This document shows, piece by piece, positions 36,126 to 49,200 of a DNA stretch of 64,000 nucleotides. A program made the translations under genes and the position numbers. The notes under the pieces are model-generated. The model saw only the letters and a program-made list of their open reading frames with translations. It was not told the DNA's origin and did no database searches. The DNA comes from Podarcis vaucheri (taxonomy: Eukaryota). The DNA is taken from assembly GCA_965113315.1 (NCBI GenBank), contig OZ220368.1, one strand, 5' to 3'. Numbering within the stretch: position 1 is the first letter of the stretch; each line of letters opens with the position of its first letter.

Positions 36126-39100
36126 CAGCAGGCATCTCTTCCAAGTAGTTAGTGGGAGATGACCTTCCCTTTCCAAGATTACTGGCTACGTTGAAGGAGA
36201 GACAATAACTCTTTTCAGGACTCACAAAAAGGTCACTGAAGCATTTTACAGAGGGCAGAGTGGATAGCCACACTAGGTCTGCCTCTCCATTGCTATATTT
36301 TCCTCATGCCATGGAAAGTGACTTTATGAAGTGGGGAGCCTTTTGCATCCACAAATGCTTCCCAAATAATTTAGAATCCTGCTTTTCCAGGTTTCCATAA
36401 TGCACTGGGGAGCCTCCACAAAAAAATGTAAGCAATGATGGAATTTCCACATAAGGTATTCCGTTAACATTTATTTAATTGAACTGAAGCCCTAAATAAA
36501 ACTCAGTTTTTTAAATACAAGTGATACATACCTCTATCACACAATACTGGATGTGACATTATCTCAGAGTGCCTTTTCTTCTTCACTGCTATTGACAACC
36601 ATTCTTGTGGCATGAGGAAACTCTCATTGGCCACATTGTGTAATACAAGATAGGACGTTACCAGAAACGGGTAAAAAGTAGAGTGTTGACAGCCTAATAC
36701 CTTAGTTTCACTCTCAGTTCTGTGCAAAAGCTGTCACAATACAATATGGTGCTCTGGATATTGGCTGGCTATCCTTTCTCAAGCTGTTTTGGTTGCAAAT
36801 GGTTAGCAATCATCACCTATCATTTGCTCAGTGGGCAGTTCAAGCTTTAACTAAGTGGAGGAAGCAGTGCTTGAATACAGGTACTATGATATGTGAGTTG
36901 TATGTGATTTTCCAGTGTTAATTGCTCTACCAAGGCTGAACCTCTGATCCCTCCTGCAGTCTGTAATGCACACCATGAAATTAACTAAAGAATGTTAATG
37001 TGCCTTTATGGCTGCAAAGCCTCTCTTCCCTGCTTTAGAAGAAGACTCTCACAATTAGTGAGAGGAGGGTCACAAAAACTTTGGGGAGTTTTGTAGTTGG
37101 AATTTAAGTGGAAGAGAGACCTGTGACCTGTACAAAACTGAAATATTATTCAAGTACCATTGCTCTTTGCAACCCTGATGCAAGATTGGCAACTGTACTT
37201 ACCTGCTGTAGGAGTGATTGCTTGCTTACCTGTTCTTCGTCTATACTGTATTTCTAAATAAAAGAGGAAAACATGAAGCTTCCACAACTCTTCATTGCTC
37301 TTTCATACAAACTCTGTAGCAATTTCCTAAGCCAGGCCAGAACTTTTCACAGCTCAGAAAAGTAGAGAGTATGTTACAATAGCTAAAACATGTGGTTAGA
37401 ACCAATGAGTGGGTTGAACAATCTCGGCATCTGCACAACCATACAAACAGGATTGGGAAACTGTTCCATTGATCCCCTAAGCATGATCTTCCCATGACTT
37501 GGAGGAAATTAGTTCACATTTATTTATATCACTCATCCCTGGAGAATTGAGGATTAATACTAATTAAATTATCAGTGAATTTCTTGAAATTACTAAATAA
37601 ATCAGCGTTAGCAAATAACAATAAAAAGAACTAATGATTTAGCAAATATGCCACAGGCTGCTTTAGCAGACCTTTCTCTGGGCTGCTTACACACTTATTT
37701 GAATAATTTTTAAAGCATACATTCCCCTCAAAAAATCCTGTGAACTTTAGTTTACTAAGGGGAGGGATTGTAGTTCTGTGAGGGGTAAACTACAGTTCTC
37801 AGGGATTGAGTGCTTGTGTGCTTTATTCCTGGTAACAGAATATTATAATCCAGATTTGCTGGATCTGGATAACTGTGGCCAGTATGGTGCAGAGCCCATG
37901 TGAAACAGGATATATTGTTGAGATTGAACTGCAGGGACTGGGATTCAAATTCTGCTGGGCCATGATGCTCTTTGAATGACCTATAGCAAATGATAACTCT
38001 TAGTCAAAATCAGTTTACATGGCTGCTGTGAAGTGAAGAACGGATTATTCTATGTATGGTCTCCTTGGAAGAAAGGAGGGATACAGAACATGTGTGATAA
38101 AGAAATGCATGTGCAAAACTCCTATTTTGTGGCATTGTGAGTGGTGCAATAGCAATTCAAGTGAAAGAAAGTGGAATGGGTATCACTGAATTGCATTTTG
38201 GCTTAGCTATACCTCTTCCCTTCCCTGTCCCATGGAAGTAAGTGAACATATGAAATTATATATATAATCTCTTCTCATTTGTATATTGGTTTTACTACTC
38301 AAACACGTTATATTAAGCATCTTTCCAGCACTGGATCAGGCTCCTCCATAACTTTTATAAATGGAAGCCTGACATCACAATCCTAGATATACTTACTCAG
38401 AAGTAAAACTCATTGAGTTGTGTGTGGCTTACTCTAAAGTGGCATTCATTTGCCATCTGTGTGAACCTTGGTCCATCTAGATCAGAAATGTCTACGCTGC
38501 TTGGCAGTGGAGATGCTGGGGATTGAGTCCAGGTCGTTTTGCATGCAAAACAGATACTCTGCCACTGAGCTATGGTCCTTCCCCAAGCTAAAAAGCACCA
38601 TTCACCAGTAGATGCTATTTACACAGAAGCATAGGATGCTGCCTCATACCAAAGTCAGGCCCTTTGTCCATCTAGCTCCTCCTTGTCAACATTGATTGAC
38701 AGTGGCTCTCAATGGTTTCAGATATGGTAAGCTATCTGGAGGTGCTGAGGATTGCACCAGGGACCTTATGCATGCAAAGCAGATTTTCTATCACTAAGTT
38801 ATGGCCCTAATCCCCCTTTGGAGATCTCTCTTCCTCCCCCCCCCCCTTTTGGGAGATGTCAAAAAGCCACATATTTTCAGTAGTTGATTCACTCCCACCT
38901 AAGAATTTATTTCCTGGAGATTAGTCTTCTATGACAGAGCGAGTATGTTCCTTCTATGCTTAACTACTCCTTCTAATCCCTTCCAGCAGTCTTTTCTTCC
39001 CGAGTGGCCTGCTGACCCTAAATGTTTGAATCAGCACATCTGCCTGTAAAACCCGTCATAATTCATGCTTTGTGACAGTACATTGGCACAGCAGTCCGGC

Positions 39101-39552
39101 CATCGCCTCTTAAGCACCATGCTGCTGGTGCAGCAGGTCACAGGATTAGGCCATTAGGGTATAAATATTTTTCATGACAAAGTGGCAGCACAGTTAATGG
39201 AGTTTTTGATATATTTGTGGGGGGAACCCAACAACTTGCTAAACATTTGCGGTGTCTGTAAAGCAAGAAACCTGCTTTGAGTAGGATTGAACCCAGACTA
39301 TTCCTAAAGGTTTGTTTTTGGATACAGGAAATATTAGCTTATGTGTGTGTATCACACTCATTCCACCAAAACTGATAATTTTCAAGGGTCGATGCAGTTT
39401 CTAAGCAAGTACACACAGCATATAGTTGAATGATGGAATTGGCTACAACACAATGTTGTGATGGCCACCAATTTGGCCTTAAAATGAGATTAAATGACGA
39501 ATAATGGCTATTAGTCACAATGGCTATAAACTACTTTCAGGAACATATGCAG

Positions 39553-40340
39553 TTGCGTGTTCAGACCCAGAGACCACCCTCCTAAATAAAGACACATTTG
39601 ACTCAAATTTTAGTTTTGGTTTTTGGCAGCATTTGGGCCAAAACTTTATTGATTACAGAAAAGTGAGTGGCTGCATAGGCTCTGGTTTGACTAGCTCCCT
39701 ACACCCTTGCAGGTAGCGCTCTATCATAGGTCAGCCAAGAGTGAACACCTGAGGAAGGTGAAAAGCCTGGCAGCAGACTCTATTCACTCCCCAGATGCTC
39801 CCCTGGACTCAGGCACGGGCACAACCCCTTTTTGGGGGTTGGCCAAACCAAGTTGAGTCCCTGGATTCCTTTAACGGAATACCCTTCACATAGGAATGGC
39901 GAGACCGTTATGCCATCCCTATCTCATGAACCAGTGCCTATCCACAACCTTACAAGTTGTTATGAATTGCTACGTGGCAGGCGAAACCCAAATGGCAACA
40001 GCCAATCAGCCAAGTGGGAAAATTCCTCCCATGCCCCTGTCCCAACGACAGATGGCACATGATGGCATAGCAAGGCCAATCACAAAAGGCCCTAAATATA
40101 GGGAGAGGTGGGCGGGTGTTCCGATGCACAAGCCGAAAGAGGAAGCTATGGGTCACGTGCATGGGTTTATATAGGTCCCTTGATCCGTTTAGACTGCAAC
40201 CCCATTGGCCAGATTGAAACCCAGCATGGAGGGACCTACCAATTGGGTGTTGTGGCTATCCAATGAACCCACCCACAACCAAGAGGTCAGTCTCCAGATC
40301 TCACCGCAACACATGTCCTCTTTTAGGGAGGACATGATTT
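39553..40340 (-). mobile_element. Solo A-spacer-B remnant of a related Ngaro family
   Basis: Colinear with 22060-22862: ttgcgtg start, ggtttttggca, aactttatt, attcctttaacggaataccc, aaccttacaagttgt, aatcagccaa, TATA, ccgcaacac and a TTT end. Length ~790 vs ~805 bp. Confidence 0.85.
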
Positions 40341-42025
40341 ATGCGCCAGATGCTAGGAAAAAACTGCCAGAGAAGTCCACTGCACTCATGTCTTGCTAGT
40401 GAGCTCCCTCCCCATAAACATCTGTCTGACTGCTGTAGGAACAGAATTCTAGATCGGTGGGCCTTTGGTCAGATCTGGCAGGTTCCTTCTTGTGGTCTAA
40501 AGGAACATGCCCAACAGCCAAAGTGCCTTCCAACCCAGCTTTTTCACTTTCCAAGCTGTTGCTTCACTGGCACATAATGAACCTATGTTCCCACAAGAGG
40601 CGGTGATGGCTACCAACTTAGATGACTTTAAATGTCTAATTCATGCAGGATAAGACTGTTAAGGAGTGCAGGTAATGGGCTAATTGCATTAAGGAGCAAA
40701 GAGCTGACCCCTTCTCATTCTTAAGATGCACTTGGCTGAATCTGCTGACTTCCTTATTGGTGTTACTGGACAGATTAGGCATATAATTTTGTGTATAAAG
40801 GGGCTCATCTTACATTGTGGGCTGTGCATCTTTGGAAGTGGGTTGTTGGTCATTGGCAGGAAGGATTGAATCGTTGCAGAACTGTGAAGTTAGCCGAATG
40901 CTTTGCACATATAAGAAAAAACTTGGAGAATTGCCAGACTTCAGGACTCTGAGACCTCTAAGCTTTTGCAGGACGCTAATGCGCCTCTCTGGTCTGCAGC
41001 TTCCTGGGATTCAGCACAACAGTTCTCAAGCTGCTTTATTCAACGGGAAGCTCATTGCTCTAGCCTAGTTACGAAGGAGGGCTGCACATGCCTCCGTTCA
41101 GTGAGCATTATCAGTCCCAAGTCAGTGTCGTTGCCCCATTGAACTTGGAGGGAGATGCTTTTCCCAATAAGTGTGGATAGTGATCGGTAGCTGGGAAGCG
41201 ACAGCTCAGTTCTAGCCATGTGTATTTGGAAGTAAAGGAATTTAACGAAGCTTACTCCCAGGTAAGTATGGCTAGGGTTGCAGCCTTTGTCCCACGTAAA
41301 CATTACAAGGTTGACTGTTTGCAAATAAGTTGGCCATCATGTACCCCTTATTTGGGGGGGGGCAGACTGGCTGTGAAGTGTTAAGAGAGAGTCTAAGCTC
41401 AGGGCAGCCCCTCCCAACAGCCACTTTTGGCTGCTCTTCTTCCTGTGTCTTCAGCCCCGTGGTTCCTCAAACCAAGCAGATGAGAGACTGTGGGCTCTGG
41501 GTTGCCTTTCTTAGCCCAAATTCAGCCAGTGGACTCATTGCCTGAGCACTGTTGCTCACCAGCCCTCATCAGACCTTCACATCCATATAGAACATTTAAT
41601 CCATGGAATTAAAGCATTCACAACTAAATTGTTGGGGACTTGTTTCATTTTAGCAGTATTTTTAGACAAATAATGGGGATGTTGTGGCAAAGTGATTTTT
41701 GGGCGGCGACGGCTGTGCATGGATACAGTTCCTTGCCAAGGGGCCAAGGCAGCCTAGGAATGCATCTGCTCCACACCAACCTAGAGAATAGGTTCCCATG
41801 CTTCCCAGACAGATTTGCATGGCATTGACGCTTCTGTATTGTAAGCACAGTGTTAGTTCCAAGGCTTATCTTCTTATTGAGCTTTACAGGAGGACCATAG
41901 TGTGCCTTGTTCTTGGCAACCAGATTTTGAAACCCCCTTTCTGTTCACATTCACTGAATTCCATGCAAAAGAAAAAAGCACCAGTGCAAGAATCTCTTAG
42001 TAAAACATTAATCTTGGATCACAGG

Positions 42026-42031
42026 TTTATT
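42026..42031 (-). terminator. Candidate distal polyadenylation signal of PTPRT
   Basis: catacAATAAAcctgtgatcc on the minus strand, with several UGUA motifs upstream. Confidence 0.5.
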
Positions 42032-44643
42032 GTATGGATTTTGCAACACAGCCCATTTTACAAACATTGTCTGGGAAACATTTACAAGAATAAATAAGAT
42101 GGACTTGCAGTTGTAAAAAAAGATTACACCACTGTAATGTACAGTCAAAAAATATATCTGATATTCATTGACTTGACATTTTTTTTTAACCTTCCCTTCT
42201 TGTAAACTAGAAAGAAAAGAACTCTGAACGCACAGTGCTGATTTTTTTGTATTTATATATTTTTTCTTTCCCCCCTTTTTTAAATACGTGCTTTATCTAT
42301 CAAACATCCAAACTGTACAAGTGAGCTTAATTGGTAACCTTAAGCATCCAGGGGATACTGCAAATGAAAATAAATTTAGCTCTCATGCAACAACCCCTCC
42401 CAGCTAGCAAAGAGTTGGATCAAAGGAGCTAATACAGGGAACTTCTAGCTAGCTTGGGATATTGATGACACAGTTATAACCCCCTTAGCCTTGCAGGGAG
42501 AACATAACAAGAATGCTGTTGGCACAATACCTTTGTTGGATGCCAGTACCTCTTGGTTTCAACAGGGAGTGGGTGGGAGCGGGGGGAGAAAAGAGGAAAT
42601 AGAAAGGGGTAGATCAGTGCTTAACCCAGCCCTTCCTAAATGATCTGTGTAGGCCAGATGAAGTGAATTTGCAATTGCAATTTTGTTTTTTTAAAAATGT
42701 ATGAATAGGACCTGATTCTCAAAGCTATTTTTAACTGGGGGAAAAGCCACCAAAATGTGACACACACACACCCAGTCACAATAGGGGTATGTGTGTTTGT
42801 ATGTTTTTCAGGATAGGGTAAGTTGCATTCTAAACAAAATTTACAGGACTGCTTTTTGATGCCAAATGTAAAAGTAACCTTTGTGTGACATTTCTCAGGC
42901 ACAAAGGGTTCTGTGAATGGGGTCTTAAATGATTTAAAAAGAAAGGAATGGCAGAGAGAGATGATAACAGGGCAAGAATGTCACAAATATGAACAATTAA
43001 TTTCAGCCATAACTGCTTGGACTTTTTATCAAAAGCTTGCTGGCAAACAGCAAATGATGAGACATGTTAACTCTTCCTTTTGCAGCTGCAACCTAACATT
43101 GCTTCTGGAAAGCTACACACACAAAGCAAGACACCAAACCTCCATATTTCCCCCCACACCCTCAAGCTGTTATCAGTGTTTTACATGCACCTTCTTAGTG
43201 CAGCACCACATGATCAGTTAAAGCTACCGCCATTGGGATGAATAACCGCAATGAATGAAACCAGCATGAGGTCCAAATTAGTGGCAAAAACTGTTCTTTG
43301 GGTTTGAAAAGGAGAAGTGTGTTCAGGCCTCATTTCTCAAACATTCACTCTGCCCAAAAACCTATAAACACCACCTTTTTTTGTCATACATTTTTTCTCA
43401 TTACGAAGCTTGAGTTGTTTGGGTGTCCGAGACATGGGCAAGAATTTATGGCAGAGACACCTTTGTTGAAAAAGGACAAGAAAAATGATCTCTTTTTCGT
43501 AAAGGGCAATCTGGTTTCTAGTGGCGCATAGAGATTTCAGAGATTTACTGTTATCGTGTTTGGGTTCAGCCAGGCGCTTGCCGCAGCTGCTGCCGCCTTC
43601 TCTTAAAAAACAGATGAGCTACTTTTAAAAATAGTCTCTAGCTGTTAGGTCTGTGAAGAGCTCCTCAAGAAAGTAAGCCAATCATAAGGTGAGGAGATGT
43701 TCACATTGACTGTGCACGAAACCTCGAACAAATGCTTCTGTGTGTGTGTTTGTGTGTGTGAAATTCTTCATCTCCTCAGTGAGGTGTTTTTCCTCCACCA
43801 TCCTGCCTCCCCAGCCAGACTGTGATAGAAAAATAGACGCTAACATTTGCAGTTCTATTCCTGACATAACAAAGGTGAGCGAGAAGAATACAGCGGTGTT
43901 GCTTAATTAGTTCCAAGGCAGCATCGTTTTGACTTTGAAAGTTGTGAGGCATATTGGGAAATTTCTTTCTGGTTAAATATCTCTGCCAACAAGGCGGAGG
44001 AACAATGCTGAAACCTAAATGCACTTTTTGATCTGTTCAAGGCCAACTTGTCAGCATCCACATAAGAAGCACATACAGCATACCGGCATGATTTGAATAG
44101 ATCCCCCCCCCACTCCCATCATCCTGTGCTCAATATTAATTTCATTTCAGCTTGTCTCATTTATTTCAAGGGTGGTGGAGGCTGGAGAATGTCAAGCACT
44201 CCTCAAGCCTAAAATAATCTCTAACAATACAGAATCAATACTCTTCTCAAAGGCACTGCTGAATGAGCTTTATAGCCTTGAATGGCTGGCGAGCATGAAC
44301 TAAAGCATAGGTTGGTGAGGGATGCAGGGAGCAGCAGGTAAGGCTGCCATTACCTGGAAGTATGACTCCTTTAACTCAGCAGGATGTGTAGAAAAGTGTA
44401 GGATTGTGCTATATACCACAGAAGAGTTTTCTCTCTGGAATGTCCCAGATGCAGCTCATGGTAAATCTCTTAACTTTGGAATCCATGTGTAGTTACCATG
44501 GACCAAGCATGAAAAGACTATTTGTGTTCCACGACATGGCATACAAACCAGATTGTGCAAAACTACAAACTCCAATAACTCCAACTTACCTTCCTTCTCC
44601 CTCTCTCTGACATCTCCCCATCCCTCTTTCCCTAACACATATA

Positions 44644-45122
44644 CAGTGGTACCTTGGTTCTCAAATGCCTTGGTACTCAAACAACTTGGAACCCAAACAC
44701 TGCAAACCCAGAAGTAAGTGTTCTGGTTTGCAAGCTTTTTTCAGAAGCTGAGCGTGCTCCGATTTGAGCACCACGCTTCTGATTTTAGTGCCACGCTTCC
44801 AATTTGAGTGTTACTCTGGGGTCTGTCTGTTTTTGCTATTTATTTTGCATTTTTGTTTTTGCAGCTCTTTTTGTTTTGTTTTTGTGACTGTGTGGAACCA
44901 GTTCAGCTACTGATTGATTGTTTGACTGCAATACATTGTTTGTTGCTTTCATCTAATGGTCTCATTAGATAGTAAAATTCATGCTAAATTGCTGTTTTAG
45001 GGGTTGTTTTTAAAAGTCTGGAACAGATTAATCCATTTTTCATTACTTTCTCTGGGAAGGCGCATCTTGGTTTTGGAATGGACTTCGGGAACGGATTAAG
45101 TTTGAGAACCAAGATACCACTG
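44644..45122. mobile_element. Tigger/pogo-type MITE
   Basis: TA|cagtggtaccttggttctcaaa ... tttgagaaccaagataccactg|TA. Confidence 0.88.
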
Positions 45123-45283
45123 TATACACATACCTGGACTATTGCTGCAGTAGGATAAACTTTGGTAACACCATTGCTGGATTCAGGCAGCCATATTTTT
45201 CAACAACCAGTGATTCTGCTTCCACACAATGGTGGAAACCAAGTGTAACCTGCCAGTATTTAAAATGCAACAAAATATACTGC

Positions 45284-45581
45284 TGTTATGTACTGAGTTG
45301 AATAAGATCCAAAATGCAGCAGTCTGATTGGTCCTAGAACAATAGGATTCAGAATGCAGCAGTCTGATTGGCCCATAGGAGCCACCCAATCCAGCTCCAG
45401 GTGGGAGTGAATCCGCGACCTGATTGGCCTACAGGAGAATCCCGGAATTAGCCAATCACGTGGGGCCCATTGTGTAAATAATGTATATAAAGCAGACATT
45501 CTGGGGGAACTTCCATTCCTCTTCACCACTGTGAGCTGAATAAAGAGCATGAAATCCACTCTCGACTCCGAATATATTTCA
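45284..45581 (+). mobile_element. Solo LTR
   Basis: TG...CA termini, 5-bp TSD ACTGC (45279-45283 and 45582-45586), repeated ctgattgg (CCAAT) motifs, TATATAAA and AATAAA. Confidence 0.88.
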
Positions 45582-46177
45582 ACTGCCATCCCAACTTTAC
45601 CAGGCTTCCCACAGCTATCCTACTGGAGCTTCATTAAGGGTCCGTTAGGTAGTCATGGTGAAGCCCCTGCTCTCTAGCTCATTGCCCTGTGAAAGCAAAA
45701 TAAAAGTGAGCAGTCTCGTAAGGCTGATGAATCAGATAATGTAAAGCATTCCACACAAGATGTGCCCAGGGAGTTGCATTTTTAAAAAATGTTATATATG
45801 CGGCAATAAATGATGATAGGATGGATTGCTTGTCCAGTAGGATTTGGGGGAAAGTACATTTGGATATTAGCTGGAGATGGCCTTCTGATAAGGACAACAA
45901 GCTTGCACATTGTAATTGCTAAAAACAAAGCTTGCACTAAGGTTTGCAGAAAAACAAAATATAAATAAGTAAATAAAAATAACAGCAATTATACCAATGA
46001 GTCATCACTCAGCACTATTGTATCACTGATGCTCAAATTTCAAGGAACATATCAAGCACAGCCTTTTGGCTCTTTAATGCACAGTCAATGGTCAATATAA
46101 CGATCATCTGTGTACAGTCTAATGCTGCACACATTTTTTCCTAGCTCAGTTAAGAAAATCAGGTCACATTTCTGCCC

Positions 46178-46182
<5 letters not shown>

Positions 46183-46229
<47 letters not shown>
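46183..46229. repeat. (CA)n microsatellite
   Basis: Dinucleotide run seen directly. Confidence 0.96.
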
Positions 46230-46230
<1 letters not shown>

Positions 46231-49200
46231 AGTAAACACTATACATATCTGTTCTAATTAACTGCCCACATGGAGCCCCTTTGGAAGCTGGGAGTTCATC
46301 TCAAGGACTTCTGCTATTATGTCATTAGAAAATAATCATAATAAGACCTCCTACACAGTTTTGCATGTGAATGCTGCAGCTGAAGAAGAAAAAAAGCATT
46401 TATTTGACATCATGGAGTGGTTTGCTTTGCATTACTTGTTCTTAATGTGAACAGGGAACAAATCTAAGAAAACAAGACCTACAATCAGTTAATCGGCAGG
46501 GACCTGAAAGGAGTCTACCATGGCAGTGTTCCTATTTCATACCACTTCCAAAATGCTCTTCAGGTCTATTGTCTTGTCTCCAACCTTGCTGAGTGAATCT
46601 TGCTTAGTGCATCTCTGTCTTCCCCCCTGCCCCGGCCACTCAGCTGTTGACTGCACTGATTTAATTTGGTTTTAGATATTCTAATTTATATATGTGATTT
46701 TTTTCAAAGTGCATTTTCTTTGATTTGAAATATGTGTGCATATATCACATTGAGCTATAAAAAAGAAGGTCTGATTCTAGGATGAGCTCTCTCATTCAGC
46801 ATCATGTTTTTACCAAGCAGATGCGCTAGTGCTCTGAGTTCACAAAACATTTTCTGGTGCAATGTAACAAGGTCTGTGACCAAGTACATTAGCTAATAAT
46901 GACATTCTTGACTTCCACAAGCTTCTCTTTGTACTCTCACATACAGCATCAGAAACAAAGGAGTTCAAATCTGTACTTTTACTTTTACCAACTGAATTCC
47001 CAGAAAGGCTGCACTCTCACTTGTGATACTTCTCTTCTCTCTTCTCTCTGTTCCTCTCTACCTCCCCCTCCCCTCTCTTTCACTCTTTCAGTGTTTGCAT
47101 TCCCAACCTGATAATTTTTCGGGGCTGGTGTGCTGATTCAGTGCACCATTCCCACCAACTTCATGCCATGAGCCAGTGTGGATCTTCCCACCGCATCTAC
47201 ACGCACTGGTGTGTGCATAGCAGACTGGGTGGAATCAGGGGATCAACATCAGTAAAGGGATTAGCACTAGAAAATGGCATGCCGCGTCAAACATACCATA
47301 GTATCTGTTTTCAGGTACTGTTGTCTCCTCTTCTAATTCCATGCCAAACTGAGAGCATGGGATGCTCCCATTTAGACATACCTTCAGCTCATCCTTGTGG
47401 CTGCCTTTCTTCCATGTCCCTTCTCTCTCTCTCTCTCTAAATAACATTGAACGTATGTATGCTATAGTTCACCTTTTGTGATTCTTGATTCCAGTATCTG
47501 ATCATAAAATGGGCCATTCATCAGCTCCAGATTTTGACCAAAGAACAGGTTCACATGTTTCCAACAACACTAGAGCCATCTGTTTCTTCCAGATTATTAT
47601 ATGCCCCATACAGGTTTTCTCCCCTCCCTGGGTGCAGAGGAATTGCAACATGGCCCCACTGCATTGACAATGAAAGGCCTGGTATGCAATTCACAATGGT
47701 TCCACCATCACCCCTGTATCAGATACATTGGCTTTCAATGCTGCAACTTCCTTAGCTGCAATAGTGTTATTTACTTCCACATTTAAAACAAAGATTGTTT
47801 CACTGGGATTTAATGATTTTACCCTCCCAGTGAACTTGTAAATATATATATCTTGAGAGCAAAAGGGATTACTAATTAAAGGTGCCTTCTAAATTAAAAT
47901 GTCTTGCAGTATTGCGACTGTTATTTATTTATTTATTATATCTTTTTTTTAAAAAAAGGAAATTAACACTATATTTCAAAGGCCAAAAAATCAATGTGTC
48001 TAAAGCCTGAGTGCCTAGTTATTAATGAAATGACCAGAGGACAGAATCACATCAGCAGGGGTTTGTATGGAATTATTTCTGATTAACAGAAAAACTCCCC
48101 CCCTCAATTGCCAACCTGCAGTTGAAATGAATAAGCCAAGGAAAGTAGAAATACCCATGCCAGCAATCCAAGTGTTTCTTACACAGATAATCAGGGCCAA
48201 ACAAAATGTTTCAAGAAAGGTGCAACTTTCACAATGCTGAAAAAGAGATGTCATGAGCCTCCGGACTTGACATGTAAGGAGAAGGATTTGATCCTCCTGC
48301 CTTAGTTCGGTTTCCTATATGTTGTTCTAATCTGGACAAAGAGCAGCTTTGGGGGGTCAGTGATTTTCATTGAGAAAACTACATGGCAGGGGACATCTTG
48401 GCCATCACGTCTGGTTTGATTCCTTGCAGGGATCAGGCCAGGATGCCAGCTCTGGCCTGTGTGAGAAATTGGCTGGATTTTAAACTGCGTCACCTGAGTC
48501 AGGCAATCAGCATTTTTACTACAGTACACAACACGCTTTCCCACCCCACCCCACTGTAAAACCCATTCTTAGTTCTTCTCTCAGCTTTTACCACCTGCAC
48601 TCTCTGTTGAGTGGAGCATTTTGTGACTCAAATTTATTTGATGACTGATCTACTCACGACTGAACTGTTGAATATTACTGTGTATTTAATTGTTTTGTTG
48701 TTCATCTTTGTTTCAATTGTCAGCTTTTCTGATGAAATCTTCAACAAAGGTTTTAAAAAATACAACAACCCAACTTTCTGCCCAGCTGTTTGGAGTTTTC
48801 ATGAGGAGACTGAAATAGGAATTGATTGGGGTTGGGGTTCTGGGGCTTATTAATCCCAATTAGTGCAGTTTGTGGGGGCACTGTGGAATAGCTTCCTAAT
48901 TCTACTTGACTAAGACAGTGTTCTTGCTCTATTTTGAAACAGATTTTTAAAAGTATATTGAACTCTAGGCAGGTTTGACCTTCCTGTTGCAGATAAGTAG
49001 CCTGTACAGGAAGTAATTCGACAATATTATCATTATGGGTTTGGGGAGGGGGAAAGTAGGCTGAATGCGGAGACCCTCCTAACCCCTGGATCCAGCAAAT
49101 GTAAAATATAAGCCAGGCTAGCTTTCTCTTGAGGTGATGCTAAGGTTGAGGCAAGGTGGCAAATGGGTGGAGCCCTCTCCCAGCTTGTGGTTGGTTTGAA

